Source: Eledone cirrhosa
Lineage: Eukaryota
Direction of reading: 5' to 3'
DNA: 64,000 nt
NCBI GenBank assembly: GCA_964016885.1
Contig: OZ024743.1
Location: 118,730,001 to 118,794,000 of the forward strand
How positions within the stretch are numbered: position 1 is the stretch's first letter; each line of letters opens with the position of its first letter. The notes beneath the pieces are model-generated. The model was not told where the DNA came from. It made no database searches and saw only the letters and a list, made by a program, of their open reading frames with translations. This document shows, piece by piece, positions 30,616-45,611 of this stretch. Made by a program: the position numbers and the translations under genes.

Positions 30616-32195
30616 TTCTTTGAGTCTCAGTCATTGATGTTAGTTAACTGGAAAGATTGTTGAAATGAATATCAAGCCACTATCTGCAGCCTCAGATATT
30701 CAGGACGTATCGGAGGGTTCTTGCTGTTCCCAGCAAGCATGCCTTTTGTAGTGTTGCAAAAAGCGAGGCGGGGCCAATTTTCTTTAACCATCGCTGGAAA
30801 CTCTTTGAGATAGTACCTAGTGCGCCTATGACAATCGGGACCACTTTGACTTCATAGCAGTTCCAAATCCTTTTTACCTCCAACTTTAAGTCCTGGTAGC
30901 GGTTAATTTTCTCCCTCTCCTTCTCTTGCACTCACGTGTCGAATGGGCAGGCCACATCCACAATCAGGCACGATCTTTTTTCCTTATCCAAAACCACCAG
31001 GTCAGGTCTATTGTGTTCCAGTTTCTTGTCCGTCTGTATCCTAAAATCCCACAGCACCTTCACCTGATCGTTTTCTATCACCGACTCTGGCTTATGCTCT
31101 TACCACTTCTCAGAATGTGGTAAATTGTTTACTTTGCATAGGTGCCAGTGGATCAGCCTGACCATCACATCATGTCTCCAGCCTTTATAGTGAGTCTGGG
31201 CTAGGTGTTTACACTCGGATACAATGTGAGCCACAGTCTCCTCTCTCTCTCCACAGATCTTGCACAGTTGGCTAGCCTCATCCTTGTAAATATGGTGTTT
31301 CAGCCACTTCGTTTTGAGAGCCTGCCCTTGCGCAGCCATTAGCATTCCTTCTGTAGCCTTTTTAAGGTCTCCTCTTTTCAACCAGTTCCATGTCTGTGGA
31401 TCTCTGAATTCAGTTTTCTCAAAGAAGGTTCTATGAAGGGATTTTTCATGAAGGTTGCTCTTTCTTCTTGTTGTTATTTCCTCCTTGGACATCCCCTGGT
31501 CTATTATCCTCTCCTTCAGTACAATTCTGAGCATTGACTCCCTACTATCAGTCACATATTTGTCTAGGTTGTTTTTCTCCATCTGAACACAGTCCTCTAT
31601 GCTGATAAGACCTCTTCCACCTTCAGATCTCCTTAAGTAGAGTCTATCGACATCACTCCTCTTGTGGAACATGTTGTAGATAGTCAATAGCTTCCTAGTC
31701 ATCCTATCCATTTCTTTTTATTCAGCAACATTCCATCTCAGAATTCCCGCACTCTACCTAATAATAGACACAGCTAGGGAATTTACTGCACTTATGGCAT
31801 TTCTACTGTTCAGATGTGATTTTAATACGCTTCTTACGCTCCGAATGTATTCAGATCTTATCAATTCCTTCATGTTTTTGTTCTTGATGTCATCAGCCTC
31901 CAGAACACCCAAATACTTGTATCCTTCTTCAGTGTCAATTTCCTTTATCATCTCACCTGTTGGTACCTGGATTCCGTTGCTTCTGCTCAATTTATCCCAC
32001 TTCATCACAAGGACTCCACACTTACTAATACCAAATTGCACACATATATCATTGCTAAAAATACGGGCAGTGTCAACAAGCACATCCAACTCCTTCTCAC
32101 TCTTCCCGAAGAGCTTAAGATCGTCCATGAAGAGGAGGTGATTGATGGTAAGCTCTCCCTTTCCCAACTTGTATCCTGCTCTCACTTTTCGCAGT
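30616..32195 (-). mobile_element. 5'-truncated R4/Dong-like LINE (RT + CCHC + restriction-like endonuclease)
   Basis: HLLFMDDLKLF, YKYLG, GGRGL, CKICGEREETVAHIVSEC, RHD, EKINRYQDL, VVPIVIGALG; flanked by (ATT)n. Confidence 0.85.
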
Positions 32196-32216
32196 ATTAT
32201 TAGTATTATTATTTAC

Positions 32217-32628
32217 GGCGGTGGATCGGCAGTATTGGGAGAGGGTCGGGCGCCATGCTTTGACATATAGAGTTACGGCCCTTGCCATTCTGAGTTCAAA
32301 TCCCGCCGAGATTAACTTTGGCTTTCAACCTTACGGGGTCGATAAAATAAATTACCAGTAATGCACTGGTTTATTGCTGGCCTTGTGTCAAAAGTAGAAA
32401 CGATTATTATTATTATTATTGGGATTGGCAGTATCAGTAGAAGGTCGGACGCCATGCTTTACAGCATAGAGTTACGCCCATTCATGGTGTGTGTTCAAAT
32501 CCCGCCGAGGTTCACTTTGCCTTTCGTCCTTACGGGGTCGATAAATTAAAGTACCAGTAATGTACTGTACTTTAATTGCGGGCCTTGTGCCAATAGTAGA
32601 AATAATAATAATTATTATTATCATTATT
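32217..32628 (+). mobile_element. Two tandem Deu/Nin-type SINEs
   Basis: Same family as 30199-30615. Confidence 0.85.
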
Positions 32629-32663
32629 ACACACACACACACACATATATATATACATATATG

Positions 32664-32732
<69 letters not shown>

Positions 32733-32794
32733 ATATATATATATATATATATATGCATATATATTAATATATTAATAGTATATATAGATATACT

Positions 32795-34170
<1,376 letters not shown>

Positions 34171-34292
34171 TATTAAAAGTTCAAGCACAAACCCCCATGA
34201 GAAAACAGAGATTACGCCCTTAAACTGTTCAAATAATAAACATTTGCACTGCGCCTTATATATATTATAGGCATATATATATATATATATAT

Positions 34293-34521
34293 ATTATTAT
34301 TATGTAATAAACAACATAAGGCAATTATTCCATTTACCAGTGGTTTCTTAAAAGCAAAAGGTTTTGCTTTCAATCCTCAGAATGAAAAATCCTGGTTTGT
34401 TTTTAAAAAAACAAACCAGGATTTTTCATTCTGAGGATTGAAAGCAAAACCTTTTGCTTTTAAGAAACCACTGGTAAATGGAATAATTGCCTTATGTTGT
34501 TTATTACATAATAATAATAAT
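34293..34521. mobile_element. Foldback HHR element (canonical core)
   Basis: Perfect ~110-bp inverted arms; HHR 34427-34480 (+) CATT CTGAGGA TTGAAAGCAAAA cc TTTTGCTTTTAA GAAA CCACTGG TA AATG; mirror at 34331-34384 (-). Confidence 0.85.
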
Positions 34522-34585
34522 TAAGCTCTGTTGCATACATAGAGCACTCTTTTTTCCTGGACTTTTCCGATGGAATTACTTCATT

Positions 34586-34626
<41 letters not shown>

Positions 34627-34628
<2 letters not shown>

Positions 34629-35161
34629 TAGCATTAAAGCCCGACGTTGCTCGGGGTCAGTAAGTTACCAAATTTAGGTTGCACCACCCATTTTATGGCA
34701 GCACTTTTTTGTCTGCCAGGCACTGGGTGAATGAATTGCAGACCTGGACTGCCGAAGCAGGAGCTGCAGCAGCAGTGACAATTGTAGTTTCGCCTATGGA
34801 TATTATCTCTGCGCAAATAAGTGTTGAAATTTATTGTTTCACAGTACTTGCGCAACACGCGCGTAGACGATGCCAGCCGAACAACAGAGCTGCGATGGAG
34901 TTGTTCTGCATAGTTGTCTAATGTGTGTTTTCTAAATTTAAGACAGTAGGGAGGAGTGTGATATGGGGGAGAGTTAGCTGCTGTTTCTAGCAGGTTTAGT
35001 GACCTCATAGAGGATATTATTGTGTATAGTAAATAAACTGATACTTCTTTCTTCCAAGTTCGTTGAGAGATGTTTTAAAAAAGATTTATCGCTATTTCTT
35101 TTGTTATTGAATAAATGTATCTGTTGCTTTTGATTAATTGTTGTTTCGACTCAAAAACAAA

Positions 35162-35212
<51 letters not shown>

Positions 35213-35550
35213 TCTCTCTCTTCTTTCTTCGACGTTCCTAAAGGAAGTTTGGAAGTTTAAGCGTATATAAGAGAACGTTGCAGCATGTATGTAGTTTTAT
35301 CGAATTTTAAGGTGAGTGGAGAGAGGTATTAGATTGTATTAGAGGGGTAAAGCGTCATGTATTTAGTTTTATCGATTATTTCCATAATTGTAGGTGAGTT
35401 TGAAATAGATAAATAGTCGGTGACCTAAGTTAGACCATTTACAACATTCTTACAGACGTTGAGTCGAATCGGTTTGAAATTGTGCAAATGTATAAACATG
35501 GAACATGCACACACACACACACAACAATAATCTGCCTTTTATGATATATA
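34627..35550 (+). mobile_element. Possible Helentron/HINE-like non-autonomous element with nested repeat
   Basis: Starts TACTAG...CCCGAC gttgc TCGGG hairpin; ends ...gaatcggtttgaaattgtg...(CA)n...cttttatgatatata, resembling HINE termini. Confidence 0.4.
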
Positions 35551-35714
35551 TATATAAAGTATTAATATATAAATGAACAAAGAATGAGTGTTGCGTCATA
35601 TTGAAATACACATTACATATGTTTCACTGTCGATCAGCTCGAGGAACGATCTATTAATGATCGAAACTGACACTGCACGCAATTAAATTGCACCTTAATA
35701 CGTATATATATACC

Positions 35715-35806
<92 letters not shown>

Positions 35807-36244
35807 TGTGTGTGTCTGTGTGTGTCTGTGTGTGTCTGTTGTGCGTGTGTGGGCGTGTGTGTGTGAGTTTCTAAATGTTTGTTTCTAAATGTATGTCATT
35901 TTCTCCTCCATGTCTACTCTTTTCATACAACAATCTTTTGTTTCTTCTCTTCTTTACTTCGGAGGACTATGCGTGTTTGAGCTCTTTCCTCTTTTCTCAT
36001 TCATTTTAATTTATCATTTTTTATTGGTCTGTATGTCCTTTATGTATCTCCCACACTTTTTCAAATTTTTCATTTACCTCAGACGCTCTGTTTTATTCAT
36101 GACAATGTGTCTCTCTTTCTATAGACGTTTCGTCGTACATATTTCACATTCTGTTCTCTCTCAAGAAATGTGGCAATTGTTCATATCACTAATATTAACA
36201 GAATTATTTGGTCATAGGACAAATAACTTTCGTTATTTCTTCTG

Positions 36245-36405
36245 GGTTTTTACGTTCTGAGTTCAAATCCCATCGAGGTGAAATTTTCGTTTCAACCTAG
36301 CAGAAGCCGTAGGATGAAGTATCAGTCAAGTACTGGGTAGAATTTAATAGAGTTATTCTTCTCTCAAATATCAGACCTTGTAATTGAATTAGAAATAGTT
36401 ATTGC
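36245..36405 (+). mobile_element. Degraded Deu/Nin-type SINE
   Basis: ttctgagttcaaatcccatcgaggt...aagtatcagtcaagtactggg. Confidence 0.55.
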
Positions 36406-36413
36406 GTTGGAGA

Positions 36414-36519
<106 letters not shown>

Positions 36520-36569
36520 GAAAGATTTGAATGGATACAGTTTAGTTGAAAGGAATTTATTGACACTTG

Positions 36570-36601
<32 letters not shown>

Positions 36602-37113
36602 AAAGAGTCGGGAACACGGCGGCTAAGCTCCTGCCGTTTCAACAACTAGTTCCATATATATATATATGTATTAGGATTAGGATTTAAGTTACATATCTAA
36701 ACAAAAGTTTGTCCACTAATACCAAAAATTTACCCATACAAAATTGCACAAAATGTTTCAAAACTCGTACATCACTGGCCGAATCGAGGCAGAAATCTAG
36801 AATTATTTCGTATTATGAATTTCATACATATATATAAACATATATAGAGGTTGTCTTGAAGTTTCCCCTGATATAGGGAAATATTGAAACCAATCGATAT
36901 TAAAAAAAATTCATCGTTTGATGCTTAACCAATTATGAATAAAATCGAATGGATATTTCAAGCGGGATGTGAATAACATTTATCGTTGCTTCAAGGAACG
37001 CTTCGAACAGGAAGAGCACTGGCGTAGGGACACCTTAGCTTCGTACAAATAAATATACTCTCCAATAAAAGTGTTCTTTTTCTCCTCTTCCTGAAAATCT
37101 AATGTAAAATATA

Positions 37114-37164
<51 letters not shown>

Positions 37165-37166
<2 letters not shown>

Positions 37167-37862
37167 TCAATATATTAATAAATGGAAACTATATTTATAA
37201 AACCATAATTATTTTATTATATATATTTCAAGGGCAACCAAGGCAAATTTTGGTGCACTTTCATCAGATAAAATACAAAATTTGTTGTATAAATGTTGAC
37301 ATACCCATAGAAAAACAACCTTGATCATAGGTTGAGTTATACACTCAAAATAGTTTTTTACAATTAAATAGCTCAAAGAAGGGAAACTTTCCGAGCCGTG
37401 TAATATAATTGGATATATGAGAGGGATGAACACAGATATAAGTATACATGTGTTCCAATTGCAAATTACCTTAGTCTCATAAACCCAGCTGCTATTTTTA
37501 GCGGCATGAGTATGACACGCGATAGGCGCTGCGACATGTGGGTTTATAATAACAGCATATCTCTCAGTCTTCTTAGATCCTTTGAAGTGAAAGGTACGAA
37601 TTTTCCTGGATACCCGCAGATGAGCGCAGGAGTTCTGGCTTTCACTTAATAATTCTTGCGAAACAGATTTTGGGTCTGTCCAGGTATCAAAGGCTATTGC
37701 CCGATATAGGTTTGTTATTTTTATTGATTTATTACTTTAAATCGAGTCAGGCAACCCATATTGTTTTAAATTAGTATTTTTTCAACCTAGCTAACTTGGT
37801 CATTTGCAATTGGAACACATGTGTACTTATATCTGTGTTCACCCCTCTCATATATCCAATTA
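37165..37862 (-). mobile_element. HHR element related to the 9438 family, with inverted end
   Basis: HHR 37212-37273 (-): TTTTAT CTGATGA [stem II] GAAA TATATA TA ATAAAA; shares 3' tail with 9438 family; 37405-37470 inverted at 37797-37862. Confidence 0.75.
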
Positions 37863-38869
37863 TATATATATACACACACAAAGAAAAATAGAGCGAGAGT
37901 GATAGGGGTATAGATATGTAAATATACAAGCGTACAATATCTCACTCTCTGTTACACACACACACCACACACGCACATACATCATGCGCGCGCACGCACG
38001 CACACACATTCTTTTATTCCAGTACTTACACATATATATATATATTATCTTTTATTATTTGTTCTATACTCTCTGTGTTTGAGCAAAACTAGGCTGGAAT
38101 TTGAGTTCTTTCTAGTACTCCTGTTACTTGCCAATTCTCCATTTATTGCTACCTTTCATGCCGACATTTTCACGTGACATTTTCCCTTTCTAAAACATCA
38201 TACGTAGTGGTCACTTGAAGATGTCTTTTCCTTGGGGAAGGTCACCTGAAGAGACGTTGCAGCTAGGAATTTTCGATATTCTAACCTATTAGAATATCAT
38301 AGTTGCTTCTTACATAGTGAAACCGCAGTGAGGACATCGAAGTAAAAAGGTAACATTTCATGTTTACTTTTCCGACTGAGGGATTAATAACATGATGAAA
38401 TAAACCGGTCCCAATTGTCAAGGTTTTCTCCCTTCCAGATCTTCTTTGGAGTCCCAGGATATGCAATTTTTGTGCGTCCACCCCACACCTCCAAAGACAC
38501 GTCGTAGGTGCATCTACATTTTTGCAGCAGAAAATACAGACAGCAATATATTTTTCGAATAAGCCTCTCTAACTAATGCTGATCACGTCCCTAGTTACCT
38601 CGCGCGAATGACTCTTCGGTATGATTCTTTTTTGTTTTCCTCACCATATTGCAGTTACAGTTTCAGTGCTCTTATTCGCACCAGTCACTAATCAGGTATA
38701 TTGTCAAAGTTGCGGAGACTATGGCTTTTTAGAGGCGGCCTTTACTAGCTTCATCGTAGCGACAGCACTGGGTTTGAGAGTTTTCTTGGGAGCTATAGGT
38801 GTCACCCATTGCTCCATCTCCCCTACTAGTTTACCGCTGTTGGTCCGGGTCTGCTTATTCATCAGACAG

Positions 38870-39745
38870 TTGCCCGTTTCTACCGCAATAAACCATCATA
38901 TCTAGCAGAACAGCTATTGGTTAAATCAGGGGTCAAAGATGCCATCCAAGCAAAGAAGGAGTCCTACAAAGCTTAGTTTGGAAATAATTCCTCCTTCTAC
39001 GATATGAGGTGCAAGCAGACATGAGGAATCGCAGCAGAGACAGTAGAGACATCTGCAGTAAAGACATGGGGAGACTTTGGGGTTAAGCTGGAATTTAGAT
39101 CAGTAAATAAAGTGTTCTGGCAGACCATCCACCGACTTCGTAATAAGTAATCTTCCTCGACACCTGCTATTATGAACGCGTCTGGGGTTCTGCTCTCTTC
39201 AGAGAGGTGCATACTTGTGAAGGGGAGAGAATACTTTGCTGATCTCCTTAAGCCGATCACAACAGCATCTTCTGATGTATACAAGGGGCATGTGAGACCG
39301 ATGACTAATCTAGTATGTTGAGCTCACAAGAGCAGTTAATGAGCTCAAATGTGGCAAGTCCGCCGGGGAAGATGAAATTCAGCTCGAGATGTTAAAAGCC
39401 TCAATGAATGTATTCTCTATTTGACTCTTGTGCGAATGTGGCCTGGGTCTCTGGCAGGACACCAAAGCAATGGCAATAGGGAATGATAATTCCAATTTTC
39501 AAAAAGGGAGACAAAAGAAATTGTTCCAATTAGAGACGGATATCCTTGTTAAGCTTCCCCGATAAAGTCTATTCTAAGTGTCTAGCAAAGTGATGAAGGG
39601 AGATTGTCGAGACCAAGATAGCTGATGAACAGTGTGGGTTTCGCCCCGGATGCAGTACAAACGACTAAATATTCACAGTAGGGCAGATCTTCGAGAAATC
39701 ATGTGAGTATTGCCAAGAGGAATATTTTTGTCTTGGTAGACATCT
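38870..39745 (+). pseudogene. Degraded RTE-like LINE RT fragment
   Basis: KCGKSAGEDEI.LEMLK, IIPIFKKGDKRNC, EQCGFRPG motifs with many stops. Confidence 0.75.
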
Positions 39746-39994
39746 TCACCCATTGTTGTATATTAATTTTGAAAGTATATGTATCCGTTACAAAATATGC
39801 ATGAAATATCTCCTGGACCTGCTTCTATGAATAACACTTATAGTAATGTTTCACACAGAAAATCCAGTACTGAAACTGCCATTAGGATCCTGCTGTCTGC
39901 TCAGACGTTCAGTCTGCCATATCCTGACATTTAAGGTTGATCGGTTTCAAAATGAATATATTGTGACAAAAAAACGTGCGTGGATCAATTGTTT

Positions 39995-40077
<83 letters not shown>

Positions 40078-40174
40078 CTGTGGCTGTGTATGTCTGCCTG
40101 CACCTGGGTGTTGTGTGTATGTATATGTATGTGTGTGTTTGTTTACATATATAATGTAGGTTTGGTTATCATAA

Positions 40175-40422
40175 TATTATACAGTGAACAAATCTTACAC
40201 ACACTTTACTGAAATAGGAACTGTCAACAAATAAATATGGAATCCTATTTTGTTCCGTCAGAAATTGTTAAAAATGTATATGAGATAGTGTATATGTGAG
40301 AGACAAAAATATATATTGACATAGTTAGAAATATGTGTCTATGTATCTATGTGAATATATGTTTCTATGTTTAATATATATGGGAGTACTTTTCTCAGTG
40401 CATTTGAAAGTAAGTAATGCAG

Positions 40423-40475
<53 letters not shown>

Positions 40476-40508
40476 GCGCACGCGCACACACACACACACA
40501 CACGCACG

Positions 40509-40572
<64 letters not shown>

Positions 40573-40693
40573 TCTATCTATCTATCTATCTATATATATA
40601 CATATCTGTGTGTGTGTGTGTGTGTCTGACTGACTGAGAGAGAAAGAGAGTTAGCGCGTATGCGTGTAAGCGAAAAATTGTGTTTATATATAT

Positions 40694-40729
<36 letters not shown>

Positions 40730-41157
40730 CATATATATATACATATATATACTTATAAATGGATCACAGGAGCATATTGTTTAGCAGCGGTGGGAGGAGA
40801 AACTTAACAAAAAGAGTCATAAGAATCATCTGATTGAAACCCGTTTTTACGTCTGATTAAACTTCGAAAATAGTACAAAATCTTACATTAATATATATTA
40901 GATCACACATAACATTCTCTCAAACCCAGACACATACAAAAGCCCATTACATTACTTTGCAGTCTGCTGAACGTTAGTGTCGTATTATGAATGCAAGGCA
41001 AGATATTTTTTATACAATATGTTTAAAATTTATAGCTAATGTAGCTTACGTTCAACCTGACAAAAGATTTTATAGTTTTTCATTTCAATTCTTCCTGGGC
41101 CATCGATTCCCTCTGTTTACACATTCAAGCAAACGCCCGTACGACCGTATATATATA

Positions 41158-41243
<86 letters not shown>

Positions 41244-41491
41244 CTGCATTACTTACTTTCAAATGCACTGAGAAAAGTACTCCCATATATATTAATCATA
41301 GAAACATATATTCACATAGATACATAGACACGTATTTCTAACTATGTCAATATATATTTTTGTCTCTCACATATACACTATCACATACATATTTTTAACA
41401 ATTTCTGACAGAACAAAATAGGATTCCATATTTATTTGTTGACAATTCCTATTTCAGTAAAGTGTGTGTAAGATTTGTTCACCGTATAATA
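40175..41491. repeat. ~250-bp inverted repeat pair (40175-40427 / 41239-41491)
   Basis: Reverse-complement arms, each ending inward in (CA)n or (TG)n. Confidence 0.8.
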
Positions 41492-41629
41492 ATATAGTGT
41501 GTGGTTTGTTTCGGGGGTGTATATATGTGTGTGTGTGTGTGTTTAAAAGGTAAACGGAAATAACAACACAATCGGTACAGTGTATGGAAGGAATATATTA
41601 GGTTAACGCTTGAAATAGCGGGAAGAAGG

Positions 41630-41665
41630 TCATAACGTTTCGGACGATAGTCTTTCGTCAGAAGA
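41630..41665 (-). ncRNA. Minimal hammerhead motif
   Basis: TCTT CTGACGA aaGAC tatc GTCc GAAA CG T T ATGA; stem III is the palindrome ACGT. Confidence 0.6.
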
Positions 41666-41760
41666 AAGAATGACAAATAGATAGATTGAAGGGACGGGCG
41701 AGGCCGAATTAGAAAAAATGCCTTTAGAAAAAAATAACAGGTCCATCCATTTTGCCATCT

Positions 41761-41814
<54 letters not shown>

Positions 41815-41998
41815 TATATATATATAAATATATATATATATATGCGTATGTTGTATATCGAGCAATATACGGTATGTTTACAAATATACATTTTGAAAGC
41901 CTTCAGGTATGAATTTGAAAACTGATGGCGTCGAGCCATCTATCGAATTCCAGCAGCAGCCAAAGGTGGGTAACTGAGGACAACATATATATGTATGC

Positions 41999-42076
<78 letters not shown>

Positions 42077-42739
42077 CAAACAAATGTCATTCTACTGACA
42101 TGGCTTTAAAGAGGCGCTGTTTGCATAATTGCAAACGAATCGAATATTATTAGTATTCGAGAAACTCAGATTACATATATATATATATATTATAGTAGAA
42201 TAATCGAGAATCGGAATATCAGCCCACGAAATCACGATAAACAATATCCTATATATGTGGCAGAGGGATCAATAATTTGGAAAAATCAGAGCTATAACTA
42301 TCGTTAAAATACCAACACATAGAGATCATGCCTAAAATTACCCATGCAGCCGAAAAAGAACGACCAGGAAGATTCGGGTCACTCAAATAAAATATCAATA
42401 ATTTAATAAATTAAATGAATGTAAAAAACTCACCCGGACCCGCTAGAACGATGTTAAATCTAGCTTCTTGGGTTTCTGCAATTCCTTAATCCAATCACTA
42501 TCAGCCCACATAAAAGATATATAAGACTTCTAGAAGGAATTTCTAGTTTACCTGAAGCATTGTTTATGGTATACAGAATTCGAAGTTGGAAAGCCACGAC
42601 AATGCAGGTTTGGACAGAGAAAATAAAGTTACCCGCAAGAAACGGCATTTGTTTTTTTTCTCTTTTTTACCTTAACTTACTCATATGTCCCGATATTTTG
42701 TGACTAATATCTCTTCATCCGAGGAAAATAAAGGAACTA

Positions 42740-43705
42740 TTCCAGTTCCTGATGCTGCTTGCTACCACACTGGACTATGTATACGGCGTATGCTTGATGT
42801 TATATGTCCATGATATCGATGGGGCAGTTGGTCAGCGTGCAGCGGCTGTTCTATTCTGTATGTCGTCTCTTAGATAGTTGTCTGCGTAGAACGGGCTCCG
42901 AGTGGGCTAGTTGTGAGTCTAGTCCTTCTCTTCGGATGGCCCTGCGGATGGCTGATGTTGTGTCATCACTGAAATGTGGAAGCTTCAGGAAACAGGTGTT
43001 GATGGAGTTTGTGCTTCGTATGTGGTGTTTCCTATATCTAACGATATGTGGTTGTCGTTAACCGTTTAGCTTAAGCATTTCCAAAAAGTGTGTGGTGTGT
43101 GTGTCTCGATCTCTTGTGTTGCTATATTTATTCCAGATACGTGTCAGGTATGTATCCTTATGTATCCGGACTTGACACAGGCGTAGGGCCGATTGAAATG
43201 GACGAACAGGTACCTGCTAGTGGCTTTTCTGTAGAAGCTGGTGTGGATGCCGCCTACTTCTGTTACCTTGAATTGGAAGTCTAGCAGAGGGAAGGATCCA
43301 GTGTCTTCAGGATGTTCCATGATGAAACTTGTGTCAACGTCCATGCCGGAGAAGGCCGCCTATATTTTGTCTGTTTCTTCACGGGATGGTGTAAGAATGA
43401 GTATGTCATGTACATATCAGGCGAAGAAAGCACAGGAGTGGCCGGTGTTGAGGGCCTAATTTCCAGCTGGTTCATATAAGTGATGGCCAGCAGGCCCAAT
43501 AGGCTGGATCCCATAGGTAGTTCAGTTGTCTGTCTGTATGTGTGGTGGTGGAAGGTGAAGTAAGTATTATTCACCGTGAAAGTTAGAAGCCGGTGCGTGG
43601 CTGCCGGGTGGAGGGCGTAGCAGTAAATGTTTTCGGAGACTATGCAATCAGTCCAAAAATTGACAGCTGGGACTGTAGTGTAGAAGGAGACAACGTCGAG
43701 GCTTC
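42740..43705 (-). mobile_element. Degraded Penelope-like element (RT + start of GIY-YIG endonuclease)
   Basis: SLDVVSFYTTVP, YRQTTELPMGSSL, YVHDILI (YxDD), PLLDF, FYRKAT, LKLNG, LKLPHFS and CTLTNCP...AVYIVQC occur in PLE order. Confidence 0.8.
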
Positions 43706-43999
43706 AGTGGAGACAAACACACACCTCTTAGTTATACTTCCTTAATTTCTCAAAGTCCTACCGCTGTGTGAATATTTTGGATGCAATTGTACCCACATAA
43801 CTTCCTTATCTACCACCGCGTCATACTTTATCTTTTAGGTTCAGCTGGACATACAATCGTTACGGGCTTTCTTGGTTTTAGTTTGTCTCAGTTTTCAGAT
43901 AACGTGATGTCAATGGGATTACACCTCAGTTCCTCATTTATCATAACATCCAGCACAAAATCGGAGAAACGATAACAAAATCAATTATTGCTCCCTGTC

Positions 44000-44560
44000 C
44001 TAATTCCCCTTATACGATGTATAATTAGGGATGTATTTGTGCTGGAAGACGGTGTTCATAATATAGTTTATTAATAAAACAGACGTCTAATAAGGCATCT
44101 CTATTCGTACTTAGATCGGGATCAGCGTTCCTGCCAATCACTATATTCCAAGTCAGGTAGTCAGTGCCAACATTTTCGTTGGAGTATCTCATTAAGATAT
44201 ATGGCTCCGTCTTAACTACATCTAGCGCTGCAGTAACTTCATCAAGGAAGAATTTGTATTCGGACTCTCTATTTGGCGCATAAACTTGCACCACCCACAG
44301 AGATTTATTTCTTCTTAAGGTTAAAGAGGCAAATCTTCCGCACTACCAGGGGGATCCAGTCCATAACACAGTTTGACAGCTGAGGGCTTGTGTGTATCCC
44401 CACACCTGAATAGTGAAGTTTCCATCCTCCATCCACATTTATAGTACCAGAGCCACAGATTCTCTTTTAGGAAACTCCGAATATATCGAACAGGTAGCAT
44501 CTGGCATCCTCAACTAGTTCCTATTCCTTACCTCTAAGGGTTGTAACGTTCCAGTTACAA
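44000..44560 (-). pseudogene. RTE-like APE endonuclease fragment
   Basis: NWNVTTL, VQVYAPN, NENVG..TWNIVIGRN. Confidence 0.7.
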
Positions 44561-44925
44561 TTTGTCAAGGTTTATTCCATTGCCGACCATCTTCGGAGTG
44601 CCAGGTTGCTTGTCCGTCGCCAATTCCTGCAACATTGGATGGAAACTGCTATACATTTTTCGAACAATACCCCCTACCCAATGGCTTTTATTTACTAATT
44701 TTCATGTGGCACTTAAGAATTCTCTACTAGTACGTTTTAATAACTCCAATGTTGCTATGAGTAAGTTACAAGTCATCGTCTCGAAATACACCGATGCTGA
44801 ACTTTGATAGCACATATTTTAAAGCATCTATTATATATACTGTACGTTTAAAAGAATAACTTGAAATATTATTATATACATATTTATGTATGTATATTTG
44901 TATGTATGTATGTATGTATGTATTA

Positions 44926-44960
<35 letters not shown>

Positions 44961-45360
44961 GCGTGTGCGCGCGTATGTATGCGCGTGTATGTATGTCGTA
45001 CGTATAAGTGTCAATAAGTGATTTTTTTTTGATTTTTTATTTATTTTTGCGCGAGGGGACATAGAAATAATCGGGCTGAATGCCCGATCGCGCAGTTAAA
45101 CCACTGGGAGTGAAGAAACCCTAGCCCTTGTCAGGGCATTCTTCTAGGAGAAGGCATCTCAGGAAACTGGGTTAACTCCGACATAAAACCTGTGGCTCAG
45201 TAGTTACCGATGATGTTGATCTTTTCTTCTTTCTCAGAGAGTGGGATTGGCTCAGTGCACAGTCTTTCCTCACTTTAAAAATATTCGTCACGCACAGGCA
45301 TTGCACGAGTGCATTAATAATTATTAATAGTGTATTACTATTATTATTATTATTATTATT

Positions 45361-45586
45361 GGCAGTATCGGTGGACTGGCAGTATCGGTAGAGGGTCGGA
45401 CGCCATGCTTTGACGCATAGAGTTACGGCCCTTGCCATTCTGAGTTCAAATCTCGCCGAGGTTAACTTTGCCTTTCATCCTTACGGGGTCGATAAAATAA
45501 AGTACCAGTAATGCACTGGGTAATTGCTGGCCTTGTGCCAAAAAAGTAGAAACAATTATTATTATTATTGTTACTATTATTATTAC
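45361..45586 (+). mobile_element. Deu/Nin-type SINE
   Basis: Same family as 30199; flanked by (ATT)n. Confidence 0.85.
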
Positions 45587-45611
45587 ATTTTTTTTTTTTT
45601 TTCCAAATTCA

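Noticed and set aside
35600-35670. GAAACATATGTA on the minus strand as an HHR
   Set aside because: Stem III palindrome is present, but there is no convincing CUGANGA, stem II or stem I
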